64,000 nt of DNA, from contig NW_003526941.1 of assembly GCF_000181795.1 (NCBI RefSeq), positions 10,532,851-10,596,850 on the forward strand, read 5' to 3'. The notes under the pieces were generated by a model. That model was not told the origin of the DNA. It was given only the letters and a program-made list of their open reading frames with translations, and made no database searches. A program made the position numbers and the translations under genes. The stretch's first letter is position 1; each line of letters begins with the position of its first letter. Of the stretch, positions 25,401 through 39,391 are shown piece by piece. This stretch comes from Trichinella spiralis (lineage: Eukaryota).

Positions 25401-28400
25401 AAAATTAATAAGCTTTAAGAGAAAATAATTCGTATCAAAAGGAAAACAGCTAATAATATCTGTCAAATATCCATAATCAGCTCTAATCTTTTATGCTTTT
25501 CCGCTGACATGTCCCAGTTGTCCAGACAACTACAAATACTTTCAAAGAAAACAAAAAAACAGCTGTATTTGTATTGACCGTTTTCATTGTTTGCATGCTT
25601 TCATTGCAGTGCTTTGAAAAATCACCGTCAAATTCTGTGAGTATGCACTTTTTGATATCTGCATTCCATATTTAATTATGAAAGATAAAATATTTTCGAT
25701 AATGCAAATAACATTAATAATTATTTTTACATTCCTCTAAATTAATTGTCTATAATAATTTCAACTGTTAAATGTATTTTATATTTTAATTAAAAAGAAT
25801 ACTTTAATTTTAGAAATGCTTATTAAATTGATTTTTCCAAATGATGCTTTGAAGATTTTTTCTTTGTTGCCCTCATCTCATACGGATGAAAGTAATTTTC
25901 TTTTAACAAAGAACTGCATGCCGAATGCAGTGTACCTTTACATATGGACAATTATCTGCATGCTTGTAGATTTGCTTTTTCTTATATGTACTCTCCTTAA
26001 AGCTTACATAAAATACAATGCCTGCATGGAGTTCATAAAATACTACTGCTACTATTACTACAGTGCGGGGAGGATGCAAGGGTAGTTGATGAAAAAACTG
26101 GCAAACAGTTTCACCGCATTCCAATCTTCTGCTCCATTTCCACTGACAGGCGTGTGAATGAAGACAAAAATTGCAAAACACAGAATCTGCATAAATTTTT
26201 GTATGAGAAGCAAAAAAGTGAAATAATAAATTTGATATTTCAACCTTTGATATATACATATATATATAATATTTATTGCAAAATGCAGGATCAAAGCCAA
26301 GTTTGAGTAACAGCAATTAAATGCAAATCTAGACGGCGTCTGAGGTTATCTGGCCGCCGGCGTCGTTTGACCAGTGGTCAGTAGATCAAGCGCGTCAAAC
26401 AACCCAGTTCAGGGCGGAAAAATTGCACTAATTGGCCGGCGGCTCGCTGCGATCATGACAAATACCTTTGCACCGAATTAGCACCTAACAATAGCACGAT
26501 GGCACAATGCCGTTACTATTCTTGTAGAAAAATGGCCAGACTGGCGCCAGCCCTTTTCCGCACTATGGTACAGCAGCGCAACTAATTATTAATGCTGACC
26601 TTAAATGTGTTTTCTTTTTCTTTATCTTTCTATACTCATTTATTCAGTTTTCCTTCTCTTTGCCTACTATCTGAACGCACAATATTTACAACTTAGATGA
26701 TATTGTATCATTGGTCATAATTATTCAAATGTGCAGTAAAAGGACAACACTAGCGTAGGCATTACACTTTGATAAATAAATTCACAACTGAATAATGTAA
26801 TTTTAGATAAATTTGAAGAAAAATATTTTAAAGAAAAATTGCCAATTATAATACAACTTTTACAAATAAAAATGAAAATTATAACTGCAACCATGCAAAA
26901 AGAACACTGAATTCCGAGCAGAAATAGAAGAAAATTATTTCTAACAATAAACCACTGTATTTACATATAAGAAAAAAATGAGAAATTCATTAACCTGTTC
27001 AAATAGAGAATAAGCAATCATTTTCAAGCATTACAGGACTCGTAGTATATTTGCCGCTTAGAAATGACTTAGCTGTTGAAGTGGCCATTCAATGCTGTCT
27101 ATTGCAAACAGTTGATCATCTCCAACTACTAGTAACGTATAATCCCCCGAAAAGAGGATAATATCTATTAGGTACGATAAACCGGACTTGCTGCTTGTAA
27201 CATGTTTTATCAAAATAATCTCAGTTTGTAGTTTCCTTAAGTCTACCATCGAAGTACGTCACATCTGCCCATGCAATCCTCTTATACAGTCATTATATGT
27301 TTAGCTTACTGAAACAGTGACAGTAACATTGAACAAATCGCACTTGTTATTTTTGTTGCTGCAATTTATTAGCTGTCAATAATTATGTTTTCTATTCTGC
27401 AATGTTGCACAAATGAATTAAGCTTTTTATTCTCTTTCTTCATACAAACTGCATCATTCATAAATAAACATACACAAAGTGTACCATAAACAGATGTACC
27501 ATAAACAAATTGAATTATGCTGCTATTGCCTGGGGTTTGTGAAATTTAAAGTAAATAAAAAATACAACTCTGCTTGAAATTATGAAATGAAATGAATGGA
27601 AAATAATTTCCATCTTAAGAAATATATTGATTTTTATTGATTTGAGGATAATTTCTATTGCATAACATTTTAAAAGTTATTGCCGATGGTAACACAGAAA
27701 GATGCATGTGCATGTGTATGTATGCGAATGCGCATGTGTGTGTGTGTGTGCGCACATGTATTGTGTGTAGGGGACAGAGGGTTATGCACAGTTGTTGGAT
27801 TGTTGATTTTCAGCACCGGCTATGGTCAGCTTAATTGGCATGGTCAGCACTCGCGGCTATTTGCTGACCGGATTAGTTTGGCACGCCCGTGCGGAGCTGC
27901 TTTTGCATAGCCGACTGGACATCTTGGCCACCACCGGCGGCTGTTTGCCCGCCTGAATGGCGCCATGGCTGAGCGATTCTGTTGACCCAAAGCTTCTCCA
28001 GTAAATACGTCTGGCCTGATCTTGACGGCTTGCGCCATCAGCAAACGGTCCACCAGACACAGCTAACTTTGAGACTTCTTTTTTTGTTTTTGTATTTTTT
28101 CATCTTTATCAAGCCGGACTCACACAACAGTGCACCTGTGCCCACCTGATGACGTCAGCATTCTGGGCTTGTCAACAAAGCCACAACGTAAAGCAAACAT
28201 GCCACCCACTTTGCTCCGGAACTGTATACGTCACAGTACGAATGTATTACTTGATTAGAAAAAGCAAAATGGAAAAGAAAATGAGAAAAAGAATAATATC
28301 ATTACCGTAATCGTCATCGTTCCTCTTATCTTATTTATTTATGCTTTTTTTATTGAAAATAGCTTCTTGCATTATGTATAGCAACTGAAAGATTAATGTT

Positions 28401-29640
28401 GCAATTAAAAAAGGAGTAGTAGCAATAATGATACACTTGAATCTACTATATTTAAAGTAGCTAATCATAAATTACCTTACATATCAATAGTGATTAACAC
28501 ACTTTTTTGAATACACCATGTGTGTGTATAATGTGAACTGCAAAAAGATTATTTCACTATTCATAGTATTTCAAAATATGAAAATTTTGGACAAAAACGA
28601 AAATAAGTGATAATATTTCTCACATATTAATGTAATTAATATTTTGAACGCTCACAGACGCCATTTATTAACCACTAACAAATGGATAGATATACAGTAA
28701 AGGTGGAAATTGAAAGCATGTCAATAACAAGGAAATTTTTATCCAAGTGTTGTTTTCTTTCCTGACTGATTGATAAAATATCGTAATAAGATAAATTTTT
28801 CAAAATGTATTTTGGACTGGACGTTTACACAGTGACAGTTGTCAACATGTTTACAACTCATTTAAATGAAGAAAATAAAATTAAAAGCAATAGAAAAAGA
28901 TTGTTCATTGCCTTTTATTTTTTAATTATTCGTATGCAAAATGGAGTTGTTTAAACATAACATTAAAATGCATGCTCTGGAGTGAAATACGTGTCAATTT
29001 AATATTAGGTTTGTCTGTAAAAAATGTTAGTTTTTCTTTATTAAAAATGATATTGCAGAATTTTAGAAAATGACGATACTTTTGAAATTGAAAAATCACC
29101 TTATTAGACTATTTGTCACTGAATTAATTATGTAATCATCAAAAGAGAAATATTTAGCTAATCAACAGTTTGTAATGCAATTAATCGACGGCTTGCTTTT
29201 TTTCTATATTAGATTGATAGATTTGTGCTTGTTCTTGTGAAGAAGGAGAAAAAGAGGAGAAAAATAGAAGAAGGAGAAAAAGAAAAAAAGAAATTACACT
29301 CAGCATGAGACCTATCGATTGGAAGGGAATATGTGGTCAAGCGGCGTTGAACCGCACGAGGCCATGGCAATTCGATGACCGCCTGTGTCACCATCACTGG
29401 ACATGTAAAGAGAGAAGGTGGAGAAGAATAGCAGCAGACACAAGAAAGGAAAGTTATCCGTTCAAGTCACACAATCAACCGCCCCCAATGACTCTGCACT
29501 TTGTTATCGCCTGTAGACATCAGTGGTGAAAACATAATGGGGCTGGCCGAGATCGCAATCAGTGTCAACCGTAACCTGTGGCCGGCTAACTGTAAATGAT
29601 CCAAGCATTGACAAGCGGAGCATTGGTCGACCTCATGAAC
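22430..29640. promoter_or_regulatory. Field of GC-rich non-coding islands (candidate enhancers) between the two Otx genes: ~22430-22720, 23960-24250, 24400-25000, 26330-26600, 27780-28230, 29310-29640
   Basis: Sharply bounded GC/CpG-rich blocks in AT-rich DNA with no convincing ORF. Recurrent GGATTA/TAAGCC and TGACC/GGTCA motifs. Regulatory role is inferred. Confidence 0.5.
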
Positions 29641-30346
29641 GACAAAAAAGAATAGAAAAATAATAGAAAAGAAAAGGAGACGAAGGAGTGAAAAAATGAC
29701 TCCACTAATCGGCGCCTCTTTTACGCTTCATGTACTTTTTCTGATATCCAATGCTGATAGTGATGAAATAAAATAAAACAGGAGAACAAATAAAAAAATA
29801 AAATGTATAAATAAAAGCTGAAAAACATAATATAGACTATATTGCGTAAGATCAAATTGGCAGAGAGGGCAGTTGCTGATAGTGATCAGGTTACCATGGA
29901 GACCATGCAAATTCACTTTATGTACAGTACAGATACATGACCCAGCAGTATTGTCGACATGAGCATCTATTGTTTCCAACATACACAGTTGTGTTCGTCA
30001 GTTGCGCATCTGGCGAAACTGTCTTCTCCAAACACAAGTGCAGCTAAATTCGAACAAACAAAGTCCATCACTTTCCGCCCGTGTTAATTAAACACTCGTA
30101 GAAAGCAAATCAAATTGCATGCTATAAGATCAATCTTTATTCTTTTCCATCAAAATGATAATAATAGTATGCTATCAATTTGATAAAATTCATTTTGAAA
30201 TACAGATACAACATACAGACTGAGCATTAAATGAGGAGAAAAAAAAGCAATAAAATACAACAACTACATGGGAATAAGTACGGTACGGCTCTCGTAGAAT
30301 GCAGATAAAAATATGCGGTATAAAATAAAATATGCGATGACGGAGT

Positions 30347-31471
30347 CTAGAAAATATTCGCCTCTACTAATGAGCCGTAGGTAATGTCATCGGTATGGCC
30401 GAGTCGATTAAAATCAGCTTCAGGTGTTGAATACCCGTTATAAGAATATTGGTGAATTTCTCTTTGTGGGTATTGCCATTGTGATTGTGACGCAACAACG
30501 CCATCGGTCGGCAACACTGCTGCATAACAGTCTGACTGTATGCAATCGGCGGCTATTCTAGCTTGAAAGCTGGGACTGTGAGATCTAATAAAAGATGGCG
30601 ATGAACTACCATTGCTAGCCGTCGAGGCAGGACTTCCATGATTGTGGACGTATGCTACTGGCGGATGGAAGACAATCGGTTGTTGTTGTTGCACATTACA
30701 ATTCAATGATAAGTTTTCACCGAAGAAGTGACCTGCAGAATTGTCGGCATAATTTGAAGTATAAGCTATCTGCTGCTGATCGACCATGCTCATCGGTTGG
30801 AAGTGACCATTTGGAAAATTTCCACACTGCGATAAAAAATTAACCGGACTGTGAGAAAAAATCACCGGACGATTATTTGGTTGGAAAAACTGTTGTTCAC
30901 ATTGCATGATCGATTGGTTAGATGGAAAATTCCCATTTTCTGCAATAAAATTTGTTTCATACTTCGTATCGTTTTCCAATTTCAATTCTGCATCATCTCT
31001 TTCAACACTGTTATCCAGTTGCTGAATAAAATATTCACCACACAGTGATCCCTTATCACATACAGCTGATTGGACTGATTGCTTGTCTTGTTCCACCGGT
31101 CTGTTTTCACCACCACTCAAAACTCGCTGTTCTTGTTGACGTGCTTTAGCTCTACGATTTTTAAACCATACTTGTATTCTTGATTCGGGCAGTTGAATTT
31201 GATATGCAATATCTTCACGCATAAATACATCTGGATATCTTGTCTTTTGGAACGTCTCTTCTAGAACAGCGAGTTGTGCACGTGAAAATGTCGTTCTTTC
31301 ACGACGCTTTTTGTTCGTTGAAAATGGCGCAGAAGTTGATGGTTCATAAGGTAATGAATTACAATCAGGATTCGTCGATATCACTACTGAAACTGCATCA
31401 GTAATTTTTGGATATTCACATTGTTCACAGAAACAATTCATACACGCATGCTGGTAATATACTGGATCCAT
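30347..31471 (-). CDS. Divergent, intronless Otx-class K50 homeodomain protein
   Basis: Single long ORF (first ATG at 31471, MDPVYYQH...) with [60 protein letters not shown] and a Q/S/P-rich C-terminus. Confidence 0.9.
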   Translation of the reverse strand: MDPVYYQHACMNCFCEQCEYPKITDAVSVVISTNPDCNSLPYEPSTSAPFSTNKKRRERTTFSRAQLAVLEETFQKTRYPDVFMREDIAYQIQLPESRIQVWFKNRRAKARQQEQRVLSGGENRPVEQDKQSVQSAVCDKGSLCGEYFIQQLDNSVERDDAELKLENDTKYETNFIAENGNFPSNQSIMQCEQQFFQPNNRPVIFSHSPVNFLSQCGNFPNGHFQPMSMVDQQQIAYTSNYADNSAGHFFGENLSLNCNVQQQQPIVFHPPVAYVHNHGSPASTASNGSSSPSFIRSHSPSFQARIAADCIQSDCYAAVLPTDGVVASQSQWQYPQREIHQYSYNGYSTPEADFNRLGHTDDITYGSLVEANIF

Positions 31472-34400
31472 TTCTGCAAGTTGTATTGGAATTTTGTAAC
31501 GAGAAAGTTGAGTGAATGAGAAAAAAGAAAATTTCCCCAAATGACTTCCAACACCAGAGCATCTACATTTAAAAATTCACATCCGCTTTTGCCAGCCAAT
31601 CAGACACTCAACAGATAACCAATCATCGCTGACGATCAATTTATTTGCAACTTTGTTTGTAAAGAAGAGGCTGTTACAGTAATTAAAATTCAGAAATGAA
31701 AAAAAGGAACCTAGCTATGCCAACATTGCCAATATTATGAAGTTTGCCGAATAAAAGTGAAACTTCGTTGAATTTTACCCTCCTTTGTCAACTATTCAAA
31801 TTTTATCTAACTATTTTCAGCTTGGAAAAGAAAATTCATTTTTATCAAATGAAAATTTACAATTTTCCTAAAATGACGAATGACAATTTTCACTCTGGAA
31901 AAGCAAAAAAAGCATGGCATGTTTACAAATGTATAACATGTGCGCTTTTGAACTTCCTGTTGAAAATTTTCTGCATGCTCTTTTGCCAGCAGGCATTGCA
32001 TTTCATTTAAAAGTGCTAAGCGGAAGAAAAAAATGACTAATTAAAATAATCTCCTGCAGTGTTAAAGAATTGACATGATGAGTGGAGCTGCTTAAATGCA
32101 CGTGCGTCTACACACACGCACCAAAAAATGGCGGCAAGCGAAGCCACTTATCCAAATTGGATGAGCCGTCATCAGCCTACTTTTCATCACCGACCGAAGC
32201 CGCTTAATCTTGCTAAGCTTTCCTAGCTTACTTCTACGCCACAAAGGTCAATTTTTTTACAATGGCAATACTTTGATTCCACTTAACAACGGTTTTATCT
32301 ATTTCGCTAGTTCAGTATTATCAATTTCAAATCAGATATCATCAACAGAACGTCATTTCTCATTGTCCAACAAGTCGAAGATCAATGATCACAAAAGAAT
32401 GACTGACAAAAGCGTCATCAGGTGCAATGATTTTCTACTTTATCCCAACCTCACATCGCAATCGCTTTCCACATTCAATAAAATATGAAGGGATAAAGCG
32501 GTATGTTATTGTAATAAGAAACGTCGCTCAGCTCCGCAGGAGTGCAAAGAAGGTCTTTGGGAAGTGGTTGTCCATTCCAGAGCCGATAATTAGCCATTGG
32601 TGCGAGCATCGGCTTTTTAATAAAGAATAACTTTGAAAGCATGTAGGTCGAACAAAGCCTGCGAAAGATGTGCATGAAAGAAGCAGCCGGCAGGTATTTG
32701 TTGTTTTTTTGTTCTGCATCGAACTGCGTCCCGGCATTGTATGAGCCGCTAGCCGGTGCTGTGCTTCCAGTAAACCGAGAAGCAGTGTCGTTGGCTAGTC
32801 AGAGAAAGCCGAGCCAGCGTCACATCTCCGGGCAAACTCATCATCTCGGCGGGTCGTCTTTATCCGAGCGTTGTTTTAAGCCAGCATTCTGGCTGGGCCC
32901 TTCGCGCGCAGACAGATGTTCCAGTGTAAATGCTCTGCGGTCAGTGTTCTTCGCTTAATTGAGCACAAAATTGGACACGGCAAGCGATCTCCTTTTTTTC
33001 AAATCGACAAGTGCCGGCTAATCCGCTCTGCTCCTCATGGTCCGGCCCTCTGACAGTCGGTTCGGAGGATAAAAATGGAAACCTCTTTTGTGCAAAACAT
33101 CATCCCCGAAAGCGTTAAGCTCATCAACACTGGTTGGATAATGGTCTATTTTCACTTGTGCAACGATAACACAATATCAAACGCTCCTTTGGTTCAGATC
33201 CAATCACCCATGCTTCCCCGCGTCTGTTATTACGCTAACAGGGTTATGGATACTGTTCACCTAAAAGCTCACTGCTGTTCATCTGTTTCATCCCCTAACT
33301 GACCAAATATTCAAAATTCACAAGCTTTCTTCCAGTGATGATATATTTTCGAATAAAACTCCAAATAAAAAAAATATATATAGAATACTTGTAATTTCGT
33401 TCAATCACATCTCATTTTTATCACCTATTTATTAAAAAAATAATGCAATAAAAAATATCTCGAAGAAAAAACATTTAAAAACATTAATTTTACACATCTA
33501 CAGTAACTGAGTTTATAGTCAGATGTAAAGATCTGTTAAAAATAAAACTGTAGATATCACTATCACACACACGCACACACATACATGCATATCACATCTT
33601 AACGCATACGTAATACATTCGAATATGTGTATACATCAGAATTTTATTCTAATTTAATAAATGATTCTTAAAAAATTTTTTTAAACGCAAAGCAGTGCTA
33701 CTAGATAGGTTTTTCGCTTTCTATACGATAAATTTAACAATGGAACTTGATTTTCAGATAATATAAAACAAAGTTGTGTAAAATATCAAATCAAAATTTT
33801 TGTAAATGATTATGAGAAAAGTTTCACCGAAGCATTCTAATCGTCAATATTGAAAACTCCATCATTTTGTTTAATTAAAACAATTACGACTTGAACCAAC
33901 AAACGCGCATAAAACTGTAAATAAGCTGTGAGTAATTTTTCAAAAATAACTTGGGATAGATTTTTAAGCTAATCACAGTCATCTAAGAATGTTACCTAAG
34001 AAACAGAACAGAAATCAACGACAACAACAACAACAACTTGGCAGTTTCGTTTCGTAAAATCTAAGTGAATGGAAAAATGCTGTTTGTTCATTTCAAGAAA
34101 AAATACATCACGCTGAAGTTGAATAAATTACAATGCTTGAACTGATAAAGGACACCCAAAAGCAGTGTTTGTTTGAACTTTTATAAATTATTGCTTTGAT
34201 AATCGGAGAGCAGTTTTAAATTTCTACCGTCACTTCTCACACCTCACACCCCATATGACAATACAGTGCTTTGAGAAAAAACAACACACACGAAAGAAGA
34301 TACATTGAAACCGCATTTGAAGAAAAAATACAACAAAGCAAACACTTACCAGAGATGATATAATTTTAATTCTGATTGTTGTAGTTGTTGTAGATGCAAA

Positions 34401-36312
34401 ATGCCACACTTCTTTACTTTAATGCAATATTTTCTAAAAAAAGTTTAATTTAAATTAACCATGTAATATAATGGTGTAATGGATTTTTCAGTCGAGGAAT
34501 TCAAATTGAAAACTACATAATAATACTAGACTTTAATACCTATTACATTTGCCAATGAATTCAGTATCATTAATTAAAAAAATAATATTTTAAAAACAAC
34601 AAATCTCAGTCTAGTGAACAGCGATGCACAGACTGTTCAATTATGCATTTTGTAGTGTATTTTATTATTGATATGAATTAAACCCCCAGTTTGTAAAATG
34701 GATCATATTTAAAGTTCTGAAAATTCCGAAACTATGCAAAATTATATGAATATATATAGTAGAGGACAACACGGGTCAACAGTTTGGTGAATAAATTTGG
34801 CCTTGTGAAGAAAACAATTTTTGCAACTATCGTGATCAACGTCACGAGATGGCAAACAGGTGCGAAAGCATCACTCATCCGAGCGTAAAGACTCGCACAG
34901 TGATGACGCCCACGCAATTTTTGCGGTCCGCACTGTTGCTGCATTAGAGCATTCATTTCTCACGCCAACCGATATCACCCACATACACACATACTCAGAA
35001 AACAGTTACTGATAAGCAATAAACGTGGCCGAGGTAAACAAATAAACACACACACCGATGATCAGTCTATGATTATGCAAATCGACCGGAAAAATAGTTG
35101 CCGGTCGATCAATTTTTGATATAGAAAAATTAACAAAAACTAGAAAACTGCGTCAATCAAAAAATACACATATCACAATGCATCTCGAAACTACCGTAAT
35201 CTATGAATGGTTTCAATGTATAGCATAGATTATAGAATATTTTTGTAATAATCAAAACTGTCAACTGACAACACTTGAACAAACTGATACTGACAAGTGA
35301 CAAAAATGAATGAAAATACAAAAATCAAAGATTTCGGACAATATTCGCCCACTCGAACAACAAACAAACTGTCCAACAAAGGGCAAAAGATGCTGGTTAC
35401 AAGTAAACAAAATGTTTATCAAAATTGCAAACTCATAGCAAGCAATAAATAAATAAATTAACACCACCGGCAGCACTACTTGCCTCGAATTTCAGTTTCA
35501 TCGCTTGTCGTTTTCGGTGAACATTTTCCACAACCAAACGCCCACTTTATCGCTCTTCTTTGCACAAGAAGACGGGCTGAGGTAGGCAAATTTTCCAACC
35601 CACAGGTTCGTGTACAACGAATTTCTCAAACTAGGTCAAAACAACCGCCCATTTTCCAACTCATTTTCAAATCCACATCCGGCCAATGACAAGATTGCGC
35701 AAAAATTTGCATAACTGATAAAACCGACCAATTCCAATTCAACCACTCACTGAATGGTGCAGTGATTGAGAATAAAAAAGCTCACGCAAAGTAATAGATA
35801 GCGTTTTGATCACCTTTTTGAATGTGCTGCAATTTTTGGATATTATCCTAACTAATTTGCCGCTTCAAAAAAATTTCAAAGTTTTTTTTTGGTAGTAAAC
35901 AATGAAAATACATTACTGAATAAAAAAGTGGACAATTATTTATTTTTATTATAGTGATGGTAACCTTTTTTTCAAAATTATAATAAAATGTTCTTCACTA
36001 AATTCAGTTTTGAGAAACTTGCTGCAGTGCTTTATAAATTCGTTTTCTTAACAAAATTAAGAGCATAAATATTTTCTTATGCAAAAGTATAAAAATCACA
36101 AAGAAAAATAATTTTAAAATTTCAATTCCATATATGAAAAAAGAAATTCTTTCACTCGAAAAAACATTTAACTTGCTTTTCTTTTATCACTGATGCACAG
36201 GTACGGTAATTAATTATTTTATTCAAATTTTTGACAATATCAATTAACAAACAGTATTGAACGTATAAATTTATAAAACAAAAAATAAGCAACACAAAAT
36301 TTTCGACATTCA

Positions 36313-38417
36313 TCAAATTGAAATTTGCGGTCGGCTGACAATGTTGGTAAAAGTACGCTAAAAATACAATGTATTAGTCTGTTTTACTTTCGGATGTAGA
36401 CGAACTTTTAAAAATGGCGACTTTTCAATGAAATTCACACCCAACGAACGAGCCAGTACTATTGGTGAAAATTTGTGCGAATAAAGCTTCTTCAAAGCAT
36501 CACATCCAAAAGCAATTGGAATCACCTCTCGTTGACGTCGAGTTTCATATTCTCGCAAATGCAGCATTGACCCTGTAAATTAGACAAAAATTAGATCGTT
36601 CAACTTGAAAATAAATAAATCATTCAACAATACCAATGTCACATCCAGCCATCATGGCATTTTCTATAACATTAGCTAATTCTTGAACATCTGCATAGCC
36701 CAAATTGACACCCTGACCCGCCAGTGGATGTATTCTGTGGGCAGAATCTCTTCGAATTTACAACAAAATATAACCTTTAAGAATACATGGGAAAGTGAAC
36801 CTCTGCTTACCCAATTAATGCAACTCTGTGATCTACATAATGTGCAGGTTGTACAAGAGAAAGAGGAATAGCAACACGCTTTTCCACTCCAACCACTGTA
36901 GGTGGAACGATTGCAGTTAGACGATTTTTTACTGTACAGAAAAAAAATACTCGAATGAAATCAGAAAAAATAATTACAACAAACATTTATACCATTGCAG
37001 ACGTTTTCGAAAAATGTGTCCATCACATCCAATGTTGAATTGGTAACAACATTTTGAGAACTTTGATCGCAAAGAGCTATATTCAATGAATCCACAAAGT
37101 CCGTTTCCGACATATCCATCAACTTTCTCGCAAATTCGTCGTCGCATGACCAAGACAACGATGCTTGATCATTTGAAAGCTTAAACAATCGAACGGTAAA
37201 CAACTTTATGCAAGATGGTATTGAAATCCTGCAACTGAAATACGCACAGGCAACACAGCCAGTGGACCAGTTCTGACGAATCGTTGCCAAGCTGTACAGC
37301 TATCTTCGGGCTGCAACAAACGTGACGGTGAAATTTTCAATATCAATCTTGAACATCCTACTTACATTTGCATAAATCAACTTCAAATTGGCTATGATAG
37401 ATTTTTGATCATAATTCCACTGCAATGTTCGAACGCCCATAGCCGATCGAATTCGACTGTTACTTCCATCTGCAGCAATCTGCAAAGAAAGTGAATCTAT
37501 TCAAAACAAGCCAAATATTCATTTCAAGCGGCAAAAAACAAAAACACCAGTTGCTTTACACACCAGCAGCTTTGCAGTCACTGTTGAACTGTCACCAAAA
37601 TGAACTGTGACCAAATCGGATAAACTGTCCGCTAATCTGCATGCAATTTATACTTTTCAAACAGCAGCTATATCATATACATTGCAAATCATACTTTACA
37701 GATTTAACTGTGGTTTCTGATTGGAAAGTGACATTTGAAGAAGAGAATATTCGTTTAGAAAAACTGGACAACATCAAATCATTTTCAATTATGTACGCCA
37801 AAGGCTTTTCACTATCATAGGTGGGATTTTCAAACGTCAGATGAGCATTAGAACAATCTTCCCATACGATCATGCGAAGCACTGGTTGAACTCGGCTATT
37901 TTTCATTTCTGACCAACAGTCCATTTCTGAATTAAAAAAAATTTCAAATTTATTTCTTTTATCATTACATGGAATAATGAAATTTATTAAATTATACTTT
38001 CAAATAAAGAAACTGAGCGAGGTGAAATCGCACATACTCTATTACTGTAGTGTTTGGACATTTCATATTTGACTGGCTTTCCAACATCAACCAACAATAC
38101 TGACAAAGCTTTGAGCACTGGGTTGGTTCCTGAAAACAACTTCTGGACATATATAACATTCATAAACGGATAAAAAATTCAAAGTCTATTAAAAATACCG
38201 TAATTTTTTATACATGTTAAAAATATTATTAGGCAAATATTCTAAATCAACAGCAATAGTAAAAATGAATTTTCTCACCAATACAGCAAGCCATTGCTTG
38301 TCCTACCATTCCTCCACCAATTATGACAACATCATAATCTTTTCGGGAAGTGCAATATTTATTTATTTTTGAAAACCATAAGCGGCTTCTGTTAGCAAAA
38401 AATTGACAAATGGCCAT
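36313..38417 (-). CDS. coq6: Ubiquinone biosynthesis FAD monooxygenase COQ6, multi-exon
   Basis: Basic mitochondrial-type leader, DYDVVIIGGGMVG, YSNRVCAISPRS, MIVWEDCS, AYIIENDL, AADGSNSRIR, AWQRFVRTGPLAVLP, DSAHRIHPLAGQGVNLGYADV, LREYETRRQR. Confidence 0.95.
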
Positions 38418-39391
38418 GATGAACTAACTTATAAAGTCCTCACATAAATGGAGGAAATTCAAAATGTATTTTGTAAAAATTATAATCAAGAGTAAATTAC
38501 TGTTATTTGAGTGTCAAGTACATAGTTAATTTTGTAAAGTATTCTTAATTTTTGTTTCAATTTCTAAGATTTTTAAATTAACAGATGAAAACTGGATTTC
38601 ATCTGGTATGTGGAGCTTAAATTATGTAATGTGGTGCACTGCAGAACAATTATCCATATGGATGACCGAACATAATGCAGACAGCTTCAAACTTCTTTTC
38701 CTTTTCTAAATTCATTTCTTCATTTATTTACTAATTAAATTTCTAAATTATTTCTTTCATTAAGCAAATAATCCATCGTTTCATTTAAGGTGCTTTGATT
38801 TTAATGTACTGTATAAAATAAGAAAATCAGGTAATTTCAAACGGAACAAAGTCATTAAATGGAAAAAAGTTAACAGATATGTTAATTGTGATAGTCAAGC
38901 GCATGTAAAACATGAAGCACATTTCTTATTATGAAATCATGCTCTAGAAAATTTTAAAATTCAAAGCGTTCAACAGGATGCTTATTGAATGCTGTTCTAT
39001 CGCTCATATGATGATCATTCAAACATTGAAACTTCAAAATCGGAACAATTTCAACTAACAATGAGAAATTAATTGAAATTCAAATGAGAAACAATTTCTG
39101 CTTTGTCATATAAAAAGCATAACATATAATTGGCTCTTTTTGAACAATTAACGAATATCTGAGAATGGAAAAAGCTTACGTCATCCATCTTATTCATATC
39201 GTTGGCGCTATTTTTCGTCTGCAAATAAAATAAATCGTCATCTGTTGAATTCATCATAACACTATCTGCACTTCGATTACATTGTTCTTCAGCTTGTACG
39301 CTCATAATTAAATGAAATACGTAAGTTTTTCCTTTTCGGATGAAACAAACCTATTTCAAAAAAAATTCAAATTTGTATTCATTTCTAGAAT

